Assembly (NCBI GenBank): GCA_049968235.1
Contig: JBMFRC010000014.1
Span: forward strand, 1-64,000
Source: Candidatus Hydrogenedens sp.
Lineage (GTDB): Bacteria > Hydrogenedentota > Hydrogenedentia > Hydrogenedentales > Hydrogenedentaceae
Reading direction: 5' to 3'
Length of the DNA: 64,000 nt
Part shown: in pieces, positions 54,655 to 64,000 of the stretch
How positions within the stretch are numbered: the stretch's first letter is position 1
Layout of the letters: each line of letters starts with the position of its first letter
Notes under the pieces: model-generated
What the model was told of the DNA's origin: nothing
The model's database searches: none
Seen by the model: the letters and a program-made list of their open reading frames with translations, nothing else
Made by a program: the position numbers and the translations under genes

Positions 54655-55878
54655 TTACTTTTCTTCAAAAAAACCCGCTTTATTTCGAACCCGTAATCGT
54701 AAAGCATTTAGCCGGATAAATCCTGTTGCATCGGCTTGATTATATGCTCCTGCATCTTCTTCAAATGTGCTAATCTGTGGGTCATACAAAGTCTTTTCTG
54801 CTTTTCTTCCGACAACAATGCAAGAGCCTTTATATAGTTTAAGTCGTGCTGTGCCTGTAACATTTTTTTGGCTTTCATCTACGAATTTGTTTAATGCTTC
54901 CATTTCGGGGGAGAACCAGAAACCGTTATAAATAAGTTGGGCTATCTTGGGAGATAGTTGGTCACGTAAGAGCATAACTTCACGGTCCATAGTTATGGAT
55001 TCGACTGCTCGATGCGCTGAATACAAAAGTGTCCCGCCTGGTGTTTCATAAACGCCTCTTGATTTCATACCTACGAACCGATTTTCGACCATATCTACTC
55101 GTCCTATACCATGTTTCCCGCCAAGTTTATTTAAATAAGCCAGCAAATCTTCAGGTTCCATCTCCTTCCCATTTACCGCTTTAGGATAACCCTGTACGAA
55201 ATCAATTTCTACATATTCCGGGGTATCAGGTGCCCTGGTTGGGTCAGTAGTTAATACAAACATATCTTCGGGGGGTTCCATCCATGGGTCTTCTAAAATT
55301 CCACCTTCAAAAGAAATATGGAGTAAATTGCGATCTGAAGAATAAGGTTTACTTTTGGAGACAGGAACGGGAATACCATGTTTTTCTGCGTAAGCAATCA
55401 TTTTTTCTCTACTATTTAATGTCCAGCGTGGGTCACGCCATGGAGCAATTATCTGGATTGTTGGTTCAAATGCCATACAGGTCAATTCAAAACGAACCTG
55501 GTCGTTTCCTTTTCCTGTGGCACCATGTGCAACAGCGTCTGCTTTCTTATTGCGGTATACCTCGATCTGGCCTTTGGCAATGATAGGACGGGCAATACTT
55601 GTACCTAACAAATAACATCCTTCGTAAATAGCATTGGCACGCATTGCTTTGAAAACGAAATCGCGGACAAATTCACGCTTTAGGTCTTTTACTACTGCAT
55701 CTATCGCACCTGTTGCTAATGCTTTTTTTCGTGCTACTTCCAATTCTTCACCTTGACCAATATCTGCGATATAAGCGATTACCTCTGCGTTGAATGTCTC
55801 GATGAGCCATTTTAAAATAACAGAAGTATCCAGCCCCCCTGAATATGCGAGGACAATTCGTTTTGGTTGTTTTTCCAT
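54655..55878 (-). CDS. argG: Argininosuccinate synthase
   Basis: …[18 protein letters not shown]… PP-loop and full-length ArgG pattern. Confidence 0.95.
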   Translation of the reverse strand: MEKQPKRIVLAYSGGLDTSVILKWLIETFNAEVIAYIADIGQGEELEVARKKALATGAIDAVVKDLKREFVRDFVFKAMRANAIYEGCYLLGTSIARPIIAKGQIEVYRNKKADAVAHGATGKGNDQVRFELTCMAFEPTIQIIAPWRDPRWTLNSREKMIAYAEKHGIPVPVSKSKPYSSDRNLLHISFEGGILEDPWMEPPEDMFVLTTDPTRAPDTPEYVEIDFVQGYPKAVNGKEMEPEDLLAYLNKLGGKHGIGRVDMVENRFVGMKSRGVYETPGGTLLYSAHRAVESITMDREVMLLRDQLSPKIAQLIYNGFWFSPEMEALNKFVDESQKNVTGTARLKLYKGSCIVVGRKAEKTLYDPQISTFEEDAGAYNQADATGFIRLNALRLRVRNKAGFFEEK

Positions 55879-55897
55879 GGAATCAACTCCTTTTTAT

Positions 55898-56815
55898 TTA
55901 ATGGGGATTATATCCTAATAATGTGACCATAATTGCTTTCTGGACATGCAAACGATTTTCCGCCTGGTCATAGACTAAAGATTGGGGACTATCAATAACC
56001 TCTGAAGTTACTTCCATTCCTCTGTGTGCGGGGAGACAGTGCATAAATTTTGCCCCCGGTTTGGCAAGAGACATAAGTTTTTCATTGACTTGATAAGGGG
56101 CAAAAATTTTAGAGCGTTTTTCCTGCTCATTTTCCTGACCCATGCTCGCCCAAACATCCGTATAGATAACATCGGCATCTTTGATACCTTTATGAACGTC
56201 ATGAGTAATCATGAGCCTACTACCCGCTTTCTCTTTTATTTTATTTAAAAGATGGACATCTCCTGAATATCCTTCCGGGCATACCAGACGCAGTTGTATT
56301 GGAAAATGGATTAAAGATTCTGCCCAGGAATGGAATACATTATTTCCATCGCCTACAAAAACAACCAATAAATTTTCTATCTTTTCCTTGAAATGTTCCT
56401 GCAAGGTCATAATATCCGCCATAATTTGACAGGGATGTAGTAAATCACTTAATGCATTTATGACAGGGATACGGGCATTCTTTGCCAGACAGACTAAATC
56501 ATCATGGCTGAAGGTTCTCGCCACAATTAAGTCTACCCAACGTGCTAAATTTCTGGCGACATCTGGCACAGACTCTCGTTCTCCCAATCGCATATCCATT
56601 ACAATTGTCTCACCCCCTAAATGAAACATACCAATCTGGAAGGTAAGTTTTGTTCGCAAACTGGGCTTTTCAAAAATCATGGCTTGTGTTTTGCCCCGTA
56701 ACCAGCGATGGGGAAGCCCTTTTTTCTGCAGAGTTTTTAGTTCATGGGAAAGATTTAATATTTTGTGAATCTCTTCTGTGGAGAAATCAAGAAAGGAAAG
56801 AAAGTCTTTTACCAT
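55898..56815 (-). CDS. argF: Ornithine carbamoyltransferase
   Basis: STRTR-like carbamoyl-phosphate site (…SLRTKLTFQ…) and …HCLPAHRGMEVT…; sits between argD and argG. Confidence 0.9.
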   Translation of the reverse strand: MVKDFLSFLDFSTEEIHKILNLSHELKTLQKKGLPHRWLRGKTQAMIFEKPSLRTKLTFQIGMFHLGGETIVMDMRLGERESVPDVARNLARWVDLIVARTFSHDDLVCLAKNARIPVINALSDLLHPCQIMADIMTLQEHFKEKIENLLVVFVGDGNNVFHSWAESLIHFPIQLRLVCPEGYSGDVHLLNKIKEKAGSRLMITHDVHKGIKDADVIYTDVWASMGQENEQEKRSKIFAPYQVNEKLMSLAKPGAKFMHCLPAHRGMEVTSEVIDSPQSLVYDQAENRLHVQKAIMVTLLGYNPH

Positions 56816-58002
56816 CCCAGCACTCCTAATGCTTTTTGTAAAGATTCTAATGCTTTTGTTAATTCATCTTTTTCAATAATTAGTGGAGGCAGAAATCTCA
56901 AAACATTGGGTCCTGCAGAGCCACATATTATCCCTTGTGATAATAGTTGACTTATAAGGGGGGACACAGGTTCATCAAATTCTACCCCCATCATCATTCC
57001 AAGTCCGCGAACCTCTATAATTTTACTGTGAGATTTTGCAAGTTCCTTAAGTCCGTTGATAAAGTAATTTCCCAATTCCTGTACCCTGTCCAGAAAACCG
57101 TGTTTTGTTAGTTCATTCATAACTGTTAAAGCCGTTGCTGTACTTAATGGATTCCCTCCGAAAGTACATGCATGAGAGCCAGGACTAAATCCCTGGGCAA
57201 CTTCTTCTGTACAGCCCATTGCCCCAATAGGTACTCCATTTGCCAAGCCTTTGGCTAAAGTAATTATGTCAGGTTCCACTCCATATCTATGGTGAGCAAA
57301 TAAGTATCCTGTTCTACCTAAGCCTGTCTGAACTTCATCAAAAATAAGTAGAATATTGTGTTTATTGCAAATTTCACGGACTTCTTTTAAGTAATTAGGC
57401 GAAGGGACGCGAACACCTCCTTCCCCTTGAATTGGTTCTAATAATACTGCACCTGTTTCTTCTGTAATGGCTTTTTCCAATGCGGAAGAGTCGTTGTAAG
57501 GAATATAACTGAAGCCTGACATCATAGGTTCAAAACCTTTGTGATATTTTGGTTGTCCTGTCGCCGTAATTGTAGCTAAGGTTCGACCATGAAAGGACTG
57601 TTCCGCTGTAATAATATGGGGTTTATACATGCCCTTAATTGTCCAGTAACGCCGTGCAATTTTAATCCCTGCTTCATTCGCTTCTGCTCCACCATTACAA
57701 AAAAACCATTTTTTAGCAAAACAGCAATCGCTTAACTTTTTTGCTAACAAAACTTGAGGTTCTATGTTGTATAAATTAGATACATGCAACAATTTTTGTG
57801 CCTGTTCTATGATAGTTTGTGTAACCGAAGGAAAGCAATGTCCTAAATTACAAACTGCAATCCCTGAAAACAAATCAATATATTCTTTCCCATCCGCATC
57901 CCATACATGGGTTCCTTTACCATATACTAAAGTAAGATTCCGCGAACCATAAGTATTTATAAGGTATTGGTCTGCTAATTTTTTTACTTCTTCATTGGTC
58001 AT
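56809..58002 (-). CDS. argD: Acetylornithine aminotransferase (class III PLP aminotransferase)
   Basis: …LVYGKGTHVWDADGKEYIDLFSGIAVCNLGH… and the PLP-lysine region …DEVQTGLGRTG…; operon context with argF and argG. Confidence 0.85.
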   Translation of the reverse strand: MTNEEVKKLADQYLINTYGSRNLTLVYGKGTHVWDADGKEYIDLFSGIAVCNLGHCFPSVTQTIIEQAQKLLHVSNLYNIEPQVLLAKKLSDCCFAKKWFFCNGGAEANEAGIKIARRYWTIKGMYKPHIITAEQSFHGRTLATITATGQPKYHKGFEPMMSGFSYIPYNDSSALEKAITEETGAVLLEPIQGEGGVRVPSPNYLKEVREICNKHNILLIFDEVQTGLGRTGYLFAHHRYGVEPDIITLAKGLANGVPIGAMGCTEEVAQGFSPGSHACTFGGNPLSTATALTVMNELTKHGFLDRVQELGNYFINGLKELAKSHSKIIEVRGLGMMMGVEFDEPVSPLISQLLSQGIICGSAGPNVLRFLPPLIIEKDELTKALESLQKALGVLGW

Positions 58003-58060
58003 GGTTTTTCCTTTTAAAATAATTTAAAATATTAGAAAATGTAATTAAAGTATTGTTTTA

Positions 58061-58363
58061 TTACGAAGTTTTTGATGCAGAAGTGGTTTCCTTATTACTT
58101 GTTTTAGTTTCTGTTGATGTTTTTCCATTTCCGTTACCAGAACTTGTGCTTTTACTGTGAGAACCGTTCCCATTGCTCCCTTTTTTCTTATAGTCCGTTT
58201 CGTAAAAACCACTTCCTTTAAAAATTATTCCCGAACCATTACCAATCAAACGCTCACACTTCCCTTTACATTTTTCACATACGACTTTTGGTGTTGCTGT
58301 AATCGAATGAAAATAGTCAAAGCGATAACCACAAATTATGCATTCATAAGTATAGGTCGGCAT
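58061..58363 (-). CDS. FmdB-family zinc-ribbon protein with a G/S/N/T-rich tail
   Basis: MPTYTYECIICGYRFDY…CEKCKG… (CxxC…CxxC); GGAGGAG RBS. Confidence 0.75.
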   Translation of the reverse strand: MPTYTYECIICGYRFDYFHSITATPKVVCEKCKGKCERLIGNGSGIIFKGSGFYETDYKKKGSNGNGSHSKSTSSGNGNGKTSTETKTSNKETTSASKTS

Positions 58364-58717
58364 AAACGACTCCTCCTTCAGTAAAAGAAAACCTCCTACA
58401 TTATTCAAAACGAGAAATCAATAGGCAGGTAATACAAAAAATTGAAAATGAATATTATTTAATGGAAACAATATCTCAATAATACTGCACATAATTTATC
58501 ACTTTCTTTACTTCAGTGTCAAATGTGCATTTGAATTTGTTTTCTATGGGAATAGACTGTTTTCTTAAAAATTTCTTACATTTATGTATTTTAAGAGTTG
58601 TAGGTAATACATTTATGTATATTGTATTATCCAGAATTTGAATTTTAATTAATAAATAAGACATAAAAACGCATATTTGTTGGTAATTTTTATGCACATG
58701 ACATTTCTATCAAACTT

Positions 58718-58733
58718 TGGCATTTATATTGCT
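58718..58733 (+). promoter_or_regulatory. Candidate sigma54 (-24/-12) promoter upstream of glnB-glnA
   Basis: TGGCA-N7-TTGCT with the GG-to-GC spacing of a canonical TGGCAC-N5-TTGCW element, about 100 nt upstream of the glnB start. Confidence 0.45.
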
Positions 58734-58831
58734 AAATAATAAAGTAATAAACGAAAAATTTCTATTTGTTATAATATGGTTCATCTTTTATCTAAACTCT
58801 GAACTATAAATCAAACATAAGGCGTGGATAG

Positions 58832-59173
<342 letters not shown>

Positions 59174-59207
59174 AATAAATTAAAAAATTATACAAAGGAG
59201 AAATAAT

Positions 59208-60632
59208 ATGTATAAAGATTTAACCCCCAAAGATGTATTAAAGATGATTCGTGAAAAAAATATTGTGTTTGTTGACCTTCGTTTTATGGATTTTCCAGGT
59301 CTTCAGCAGCACTTTACCTTTCCTGTATCACAAATAGATGAAGATGTTTTTGAGTCAGGAATTGGTTTCGATGGCTCAAGTATTCGGGGTTGGCAAAGTA
59401 TTCATGAAAGCGATATGCTTGTATTGCCCGACCCAAGAACCGCTTTTATTGACCCATTTTCGAATATTCCTACTTTGGTGTTATATTGTAATATTTTGGA
59501 CCCCATTACAAAGGAGCGTTATACACGAGACCCACGAAACATTGCACAAAAGGCGGAGAATTATCTGTTATCCACCGGTCTTGCAGATACATGTTATATA
59601 GGACCTGAGGCAGAATTTTTTATTTTTGATAATATTCGATATGACCAAACACCGAACAGTGGATATTATTTTATTGATAGTGATGAAGGTATTTGGAATA
59701 GTGGCAGGGACGAGAAACCAAATTTAGGTTATAAACTTCGTTATAAAGAAGGGTATTTCCCAATACCTCCTTCGGATGCCACACACAATATCCGTAGCGA
59801 AATGGTCAAATTGATGTTAGATTGTGGAATTGAAGTGGAATGTCATCATCATGAAGTGGCGACAGGAGGGCAGGCGGAAATTGATATGCGTTATGCTCCT
59901 TTGACACAAATGGCAGACCAATTGACACTTTATAAATACATTATAAAAAATGTAGCCCATAAGAACGGAAAAACGGTAACATTTATGCCCAAACCTTTGT
60001 TTAGTGATAATGGTTCGGGTATGCATTGTCATATTTCATTATGGAAAGGTGGTAAACCTATTTTTGCAGGGAATAAATATGCCGGATTAAGTCAGGAAGC
60101 ACTCTGGTTTATTGGCGGATTACTAAAACATGCTCATGCACTTGTTGCTCTTACCAATCCTACAACGAATAGTTATAAGCGACTGGTTCCCGGTTATGAA
60201 GCCCCTGTCAATATTGCTTACTCTGCACGCAATCGTAGTGCCTGCTGTCGTATTCCCATGTATTCACCCAGTCCCAAAGCCAAACGGATTGAATTCCGTG
60301 TTCCGGACCCGTCATGTAATCCTTATATGGCATTTGCAGCTCTTTTAATGGCAGGTTTAGATGGTATTCAGAATAAGATTGACCCTGGTGAACCTATGGA
60401 TAAAGATTTATATGACCTTCCTCCTGAAGAAAAGGCACTTATTCCACAAGTTCCCGGGAGTCTTGCGGAAGCTCTGAATGCATTGTCCAGAGACCATGAC
60501 TTCCTTACCAAAGGAGATGTATTTACTGAAGATGTTCTTAAAACATGGATAGAATACAAACGTGTTCGTGAGGTTGAAGCAGTTAATTTGAGACCCCATC
60601 CTTATGAGTTTATGCTGTATTTTGATATTTAG
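59208..60632 (+). CDS. glnA: Glutamine synthetase, type I
   Basis: 474-aa GSI pattern (…[12 protein letters not shown]…MPKPLF…NGSGMHCH…) and the adenylylation-loop region. Confidence 0.95.
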   Translation: MYKDLTPKDVLKMIREKNIVFVDLRFMDFPGLQQHFTFPVSQIDEDVFESGIGFDGSSIRGWQSIHESDMLVLPDPRTAFIDPFSNIPTLVLYCNILDPITKERYTRDPRNIAQKAENYLLSTGLADTCYIGPEAEFFIFDNIRYDQTPNSGYYFIDSDEGIWNSGRDEKPNLGYKLRYKEGYFPIPPSDATHNIRSEMVKLMLDCGIEVECHHHEVATGGQAEIDMRYAPLTQMADQLTLYKYIIKNVAHKNGKTVTFMPKPLFSDNGSGMHCHISLWKGGKPIFAGNKYAGLSQEALWFIGGLLKHAHALVALTNPTTNSYKRLVPGYEAPVNIAYSARNRSACCRIPMYSPSPKAKRIEFRVPDPSCNPYMAFAALLMAGLDGIQNKIDPGEPMDKDLYDLPPEEKALIPQVPGSLAEALNALSRDHDFLTKGDVFTEDVLKTWIEYKRVREVEAVNLRPHPYEFMLYFDI

Positions 60633-60688
60633 AGTGTATATTTAAGTATTTCCTGAGATATGCTTCTTATGTAATAAGTTCGTTGATA

Positions 60689-60729
60689 AGGCACAGGGAA
60701 AGATAAAATCTTTTGCTGTGCCTTTTTAT
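60689..60729. terminator. Hairpin terminator between convergent glnA and mfd
   Basis: Stem aaggcacag/ctgtgcctt with a structured ~19-nt loop, followed by tttttatt. Confidence 0.5.
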
Positions 60730-60809
60730 TCTGGATAATTTTTAATGGTTATATGTGATTCCACCGTATTGTATTTTTGTTTATCCCTTTTATTATTTTT
60801 CCCTGTGTT

Positions 60810-63800
60810 TTATACGCCTTCATCATGGAGTTTTTCTAAGTAAGTTATTAAAAGGTTCAAATATTTTTCGGGATTATTTCCTACGGGACATTCTAAATAA
60901 GGGTATTCTTCTAATCCTGCATCTATATCCTTGCCAAAAATCTCAAATGCATATTTTTTTCGTAAAGGAGAAACAGGATGATAGGTATCAAATTGGATAT
61001 ATAAAATATTTTTATTCAAAATTAATTTTTTTACTCCTAAATCTACAGCCAGTATGCGTGATCTCATAATTTTTACCAGGTTTTCAACGGTCGTAGGTAT
61101 GGGTCCATATCTGTCTTTGAGTTCTTCTATTAACTCTTCACATTCTTCGGGTGTCTGAACAGCAGAAATTCGTTGGTACCATTGCATTTTTTCAAGGGAG
61201 TTATAAATGTAATCATCCAGTATGCGTGCCGAAATATTGGTCTCAAACGGAGGCAATTTTTTACGAATAAGAGGTTGCCCTTTCATTTCCGCAATGGCTT
61301 CCTCAATTAGTTCGCGATAGGTATCAAAACCGACTGCGTTTATATGTCCACTCTGTTCGGGTCCTAATAAATCTCCCGCACCTCGTATCTCTAAATCCTT
61401 TAAAGCGACCTGTAAGCCGGAACCTAATGTGGAGAAATCCTGAATGGCTTTTAATCGTTCCTGAGCATCTTTAGTGAGAGATTTATCGGAGGGTATTAAC
61501 AAATATGCAAAGGCACGGTGTTTGTATCTTCCGACCCTACCCCGGATTTGATAAAGTTCGCTCAATCCGAAAAGGTCTGCACGGTCTACAATAATTGTGT
61601 TTACATTGGGAATATCTATACCGGATGCGATAATGGTAGTACACACCAGCACATCAATCTCTCGATTAATAAAAGCGGTCATCACTTTTTCCAGTTCATT
61701 TTTAGACATCTGTCCATGGCCAATACCTATTCGTGCTCCTGGAACCAATTGTTGAATTTTCATCGCGGTATATTCAATGGTCTGCACACGATTATGTAAA
61801 TAATATACCTGTCCTTCTCGTCGTAATTCTCTTTCAATGGCTTCTTTAATAATTTCTGGAGAATAATTTGCGATGCAGGTATGGATGGGTAAACGGTCAT
61901 TCGGCGCTGTGTTAATAACGCTCATATCGCGAATACCTGATAAGCAAAATTGTAAGGTTCGGGGTATTGGTGTTGCGGTTAAAGTAAGTGTATCCACATG
62001 TTCTCGAAGTTTCTTCAATTGTTCTTTATGTCTCACACCAAATCGTTGCTCTTCATCAATTATAAGCAATCCCAAGTCTTTAAATTGGACATCTTTTGAC
62101 AGTAAACGGTGTGTACCGATAACAATATCTACTTCCCCAGTAAGTAATCCTTCCAGAACTTGTTTTATATCTTTTGTTGCGCGTAATCGACTTAATGATT
62201 CAATACGAATAGGAAACCCTGCCATACGTTCCTGAAAAGTATGCCAATGCTGATGAACAAGTACTGTGGTAGGAGCCAGCACTGCAACTTGTTTGCCATC
62301 CATGACTGCCTTAAAACTTGCTCTTATGGCAACTTCGGTTTTTCCAAAGCCGACATCACCACAAATCAAGCGGTCCATAGGTTGGGGAGTTTCCATATCC
62401 CGTTTTGTTTCTTCAATGGCACGATATTGGTCAGGTGTCTCATCATAATCAAAGGCTTCTTCCATCTGCCTTTGCCAAGGTGTATCTGGTGAAAATGCAA
62501 AACCCTTTGAATGATGCCGTTTGGCATATAATTTGAGTAATTCTTCTGCAAATTGTTTAACGGATTCCCTTACTTTATCTTTCGTCTTGCTCCATGTTCT
62601 TCCACCAATTTTATCAAGGTTAGGAGTAACATCTTCCCCTGCTATGTATTTTCGTATCTGGTCTATTTGTGTAACAGGAATATACAGCATATCTCCATCC
62701 CGATACACTACAGCAAGGTAATCACTGGATTTATTTTCCAAACGATGAAGCCCTGTAAATTTACCTATCCCATGAATTTCATGAACAACATAATCGCCCG
62801 GTTTTAAATCACTTAACGAGTAAAGGCGAGTCCCTTTGCGGAAAAACCTTCCTCTCCGTCGAACAAATTTCCTTCCAAACAGTTCCTTCTCACTTAATAG
62901 GACAAATTTCTCTTCAGGATAAATAAAACCTGAACGAATCCTACCTAATTCGATTTTCAAGTCAAAGGGGTCTTTATCAAGCCGATACCCCTGTTCTGAG
63001 ATTAATTCATACATGCGCAATTGTTCGGAAGGAGTATTACAAAGAATTCGCACATGGTATTGCCCAATGTCCCATTGTTTTAATTGTTCCCAGAATTCAT
63101 TCAAATTTTTTGTCCAGATTTGAATAGAATTCATAGGGATAACAAGACGGGGTACAGATCGTTCCGGCAGTGATAGGGACGCTATTTCTATATTTTTGAA
63201 TTTACTGAATTTACCTGCAATCTCATCCTGTGTAAAAGTATATGGGGTTTCTCCAAATTCAGATTCAATTTTCTGCATCTCTTCGAATATATTCAATGGT
63301 TCTTCCCATACTATCAATGTATCTTTCGATAAATAATCCAATAAACAAATTTTTTGAGATAAGGAATTATTTTTAATGAGAAGGTCTTTTTCTGTTTTTA
63401 GGACGATATCCACATATTCCAGAGGGGCAATACTTTTTTGAGTTTCCGGGTCAAATTCTCGTATAGATTCGATAATGTCAGCGAAAAATTCCATGCGAAC
63501 GGGTAATTCTCGGGCATAGGGGAAAATATCTAATATACCTCCTCTACGGCTAAATTCGCCGTGTTGAGATACACTGGCTTCACGTTGATAACCCGAATTA
63601 ATAAGTAAAGTAGTTAATTTTTCAAGGTCATATTCTTGTTCTTTATTTAAATGTAATCGTTGTTCTTCCAGGGCTTTTGGTGAGGGGACTACCTGTAATA
63701 ATGATCGTATGGAGGTAACGATGATTTTTGGATATTGTTTACCAGCAACAATTCGAGTTAACAAATGAAGTCGTTCAGAAACAATATCCTCTGCAGGGTC

Positions 63801-64000
63801 AATAAAATCTGTAGGTAATGTTTCCCATGGGGGGAAAAATGCACAATTTTCCTCTGAAGCAAATGTTATAAAATCTTCATATATTTCCTCTGCACTATGA
63901 TTATCCGAAGCAATTACTAAGATAGGTGTTTTCAGTTCCGAATGGATAGTATAAGAGATAACACTTTTCCCCGTTCCCCATGGTCCGGCAATTTGCACCC
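60810..64000 (-). CDS. mfd: Transcription-repair coupling factor Mfd (N-terminus beyond window end)
   Basis: UvrB-homology N-domain, TRG and SF2 helicase motifs (…GDVGFGKTEVA…DEEQRFGV…), C-terminal D7 domain; the ORF runs off the right edge. Confidence 0.92.
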   Translation of the reverse strand, partial: VQIAGPWGTGKSVISYTIHSELKTPILVIASDNHSAEEIYEDFITFASEENCAFFPPWETLPTDFIDPAEDIVSERLHLLTRIVAGKQYPKIIVTSIRSLLQVVPSPKALEEQRLHLNKEQEYDLEKLTTLLINSGYQREASVSQHGEFSRRGGILDIFPYARELPVRMEFFADIIESIREFDPETQKSIAPLEYVDIVLKTEKDLLIKNNSLSQKICLLDYLSKDTLIVWEEPLNIFEEMQKIESEFGETPYTFTQDEIAGKFSKFKNIEIASLSLPERSVPRLVIPMNSIQIWTKNLNEFWEQLKQWDIGQYHVRILCNTPSEQLRMYELISEQGYRLDKDPFDLKIELGRIRSGFIYPEEKFVLLSEKELFGRKFVRRRGRFFRKGTRLYSLSDLKPGDYVVHEIHGIGKFTGLHRLENKSSDYLAVVYRDGDMLYIPVTQIDQIRKYIAGEDVTPNLDKIGGRTWSKTKDKVRESVKQFAEELLKLYAKRHHSKGFAFSPDTPWQRQMEEAFDYDETPDQYRAIEETKRDMETPQPMDRLICGDVGFGKTEVAIRASFKAVMDGKQVAVLAPTTVLVHQHWHTFQERMAGFPIRIESLSRLRATKDIKQVLEGLLTGEVDIVIGTHRLLSKDVQFKDLGLLIIDEEQRFGVRHKEQLKKLREHVDTLTLTATPIPRTLQFCLSGIRDMSVINTAPNDRLPIHTCIANYSPEIIKEAIERELRREGQVYYLHNRVQTIEYTAMKIQQLVPGARIGIGHGQMSKNELEKVMTAFINREIDVLVCTTIIASGIDIPNVNTIIVDRADLFGLSELYQIRGRVGRYKHRAFAYLLIPSDKSLTKDAQERLKAIQDFSTLGSGLQVALKDLEIRGAGDLLGPEQSGHINAVGFDTYRELIEEAIAEMKGQPLIRKKLPPFETNISARILDDYIYNSLEKMQWYQRISAVQTPEECEELIEELKDRYGPIPTTVENLVKIMRSRILAVDLGVKKLILNKNILYIQFDTYHPVSPLRKKYAFEIFGKDIDAGLEEYPYLECPVGNNPEKYLNLLITYLEKLHDEGV

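Overview
The window is AT-rich (by eye), on a single replicon of a probable PVC-superphylum-like bacterium. Two paralogous 'prepilin N-terminal methylation + H-X9-DG' (DUF1559-type) pseudopilin genes point to that lineage, although ftsZ is present. Most of the window is a conserved chromosomal backbone. It holds groESL with a textbook CIRCE operator, tRNA-Pro(GGG), a menB-menA-menC menaquinone operon, archaeal-type proS, tgt-yajC-secDF, a CPA2/Kef antiporter, amt, a dcw fragment (murC-ftsQ-ftsZ with no ftsA, followed directly by pilT), a large hybrid sensor kinase, eda-argG-argF-argD, a glnB-glnA pair with an apparent sigma54 promoter, and mfd (truncated at the window end). More accessory-looking stretches are interspersed. 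These are: a 5'-truncated Mrr restriction gene; an FG-GAP repeat gene disrupted by two -1 frameshifts, one in a G6 homopolymer; an ankyrin / HEAT-lipoprotein / GT2-TPR / YbjN-like / pentapeptide-repeat block downstream of the tRNA; a sugar-catabolic cassette (class II aldolase, an unusually long 543-aa MDR dehydrogenase, an SDR); a secreted C-type-lectin-domain protein with a PEP-CTERM-like tail next to a DUF1559 pseudopilin and a PAS-GGDEF cyclase; an orphan radical-SAM/SPASM enzyme flanked by a secreted 1002-aa M16 peptidase and an M23 peptidase; and a neutral-ceramidase-like hydrolase. No transposase, integrase or CRISPR array was seen. I could not identify a clearly novel multi-gene system. 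The rSAM/M16/M23 cluster, the lectin/PEP-CTERM/pseudopilin neighbourhood and the ftsZ-pilT linkage are the most promising leads. All calls are from reading the sequence and ORF translations; no homology search was run.
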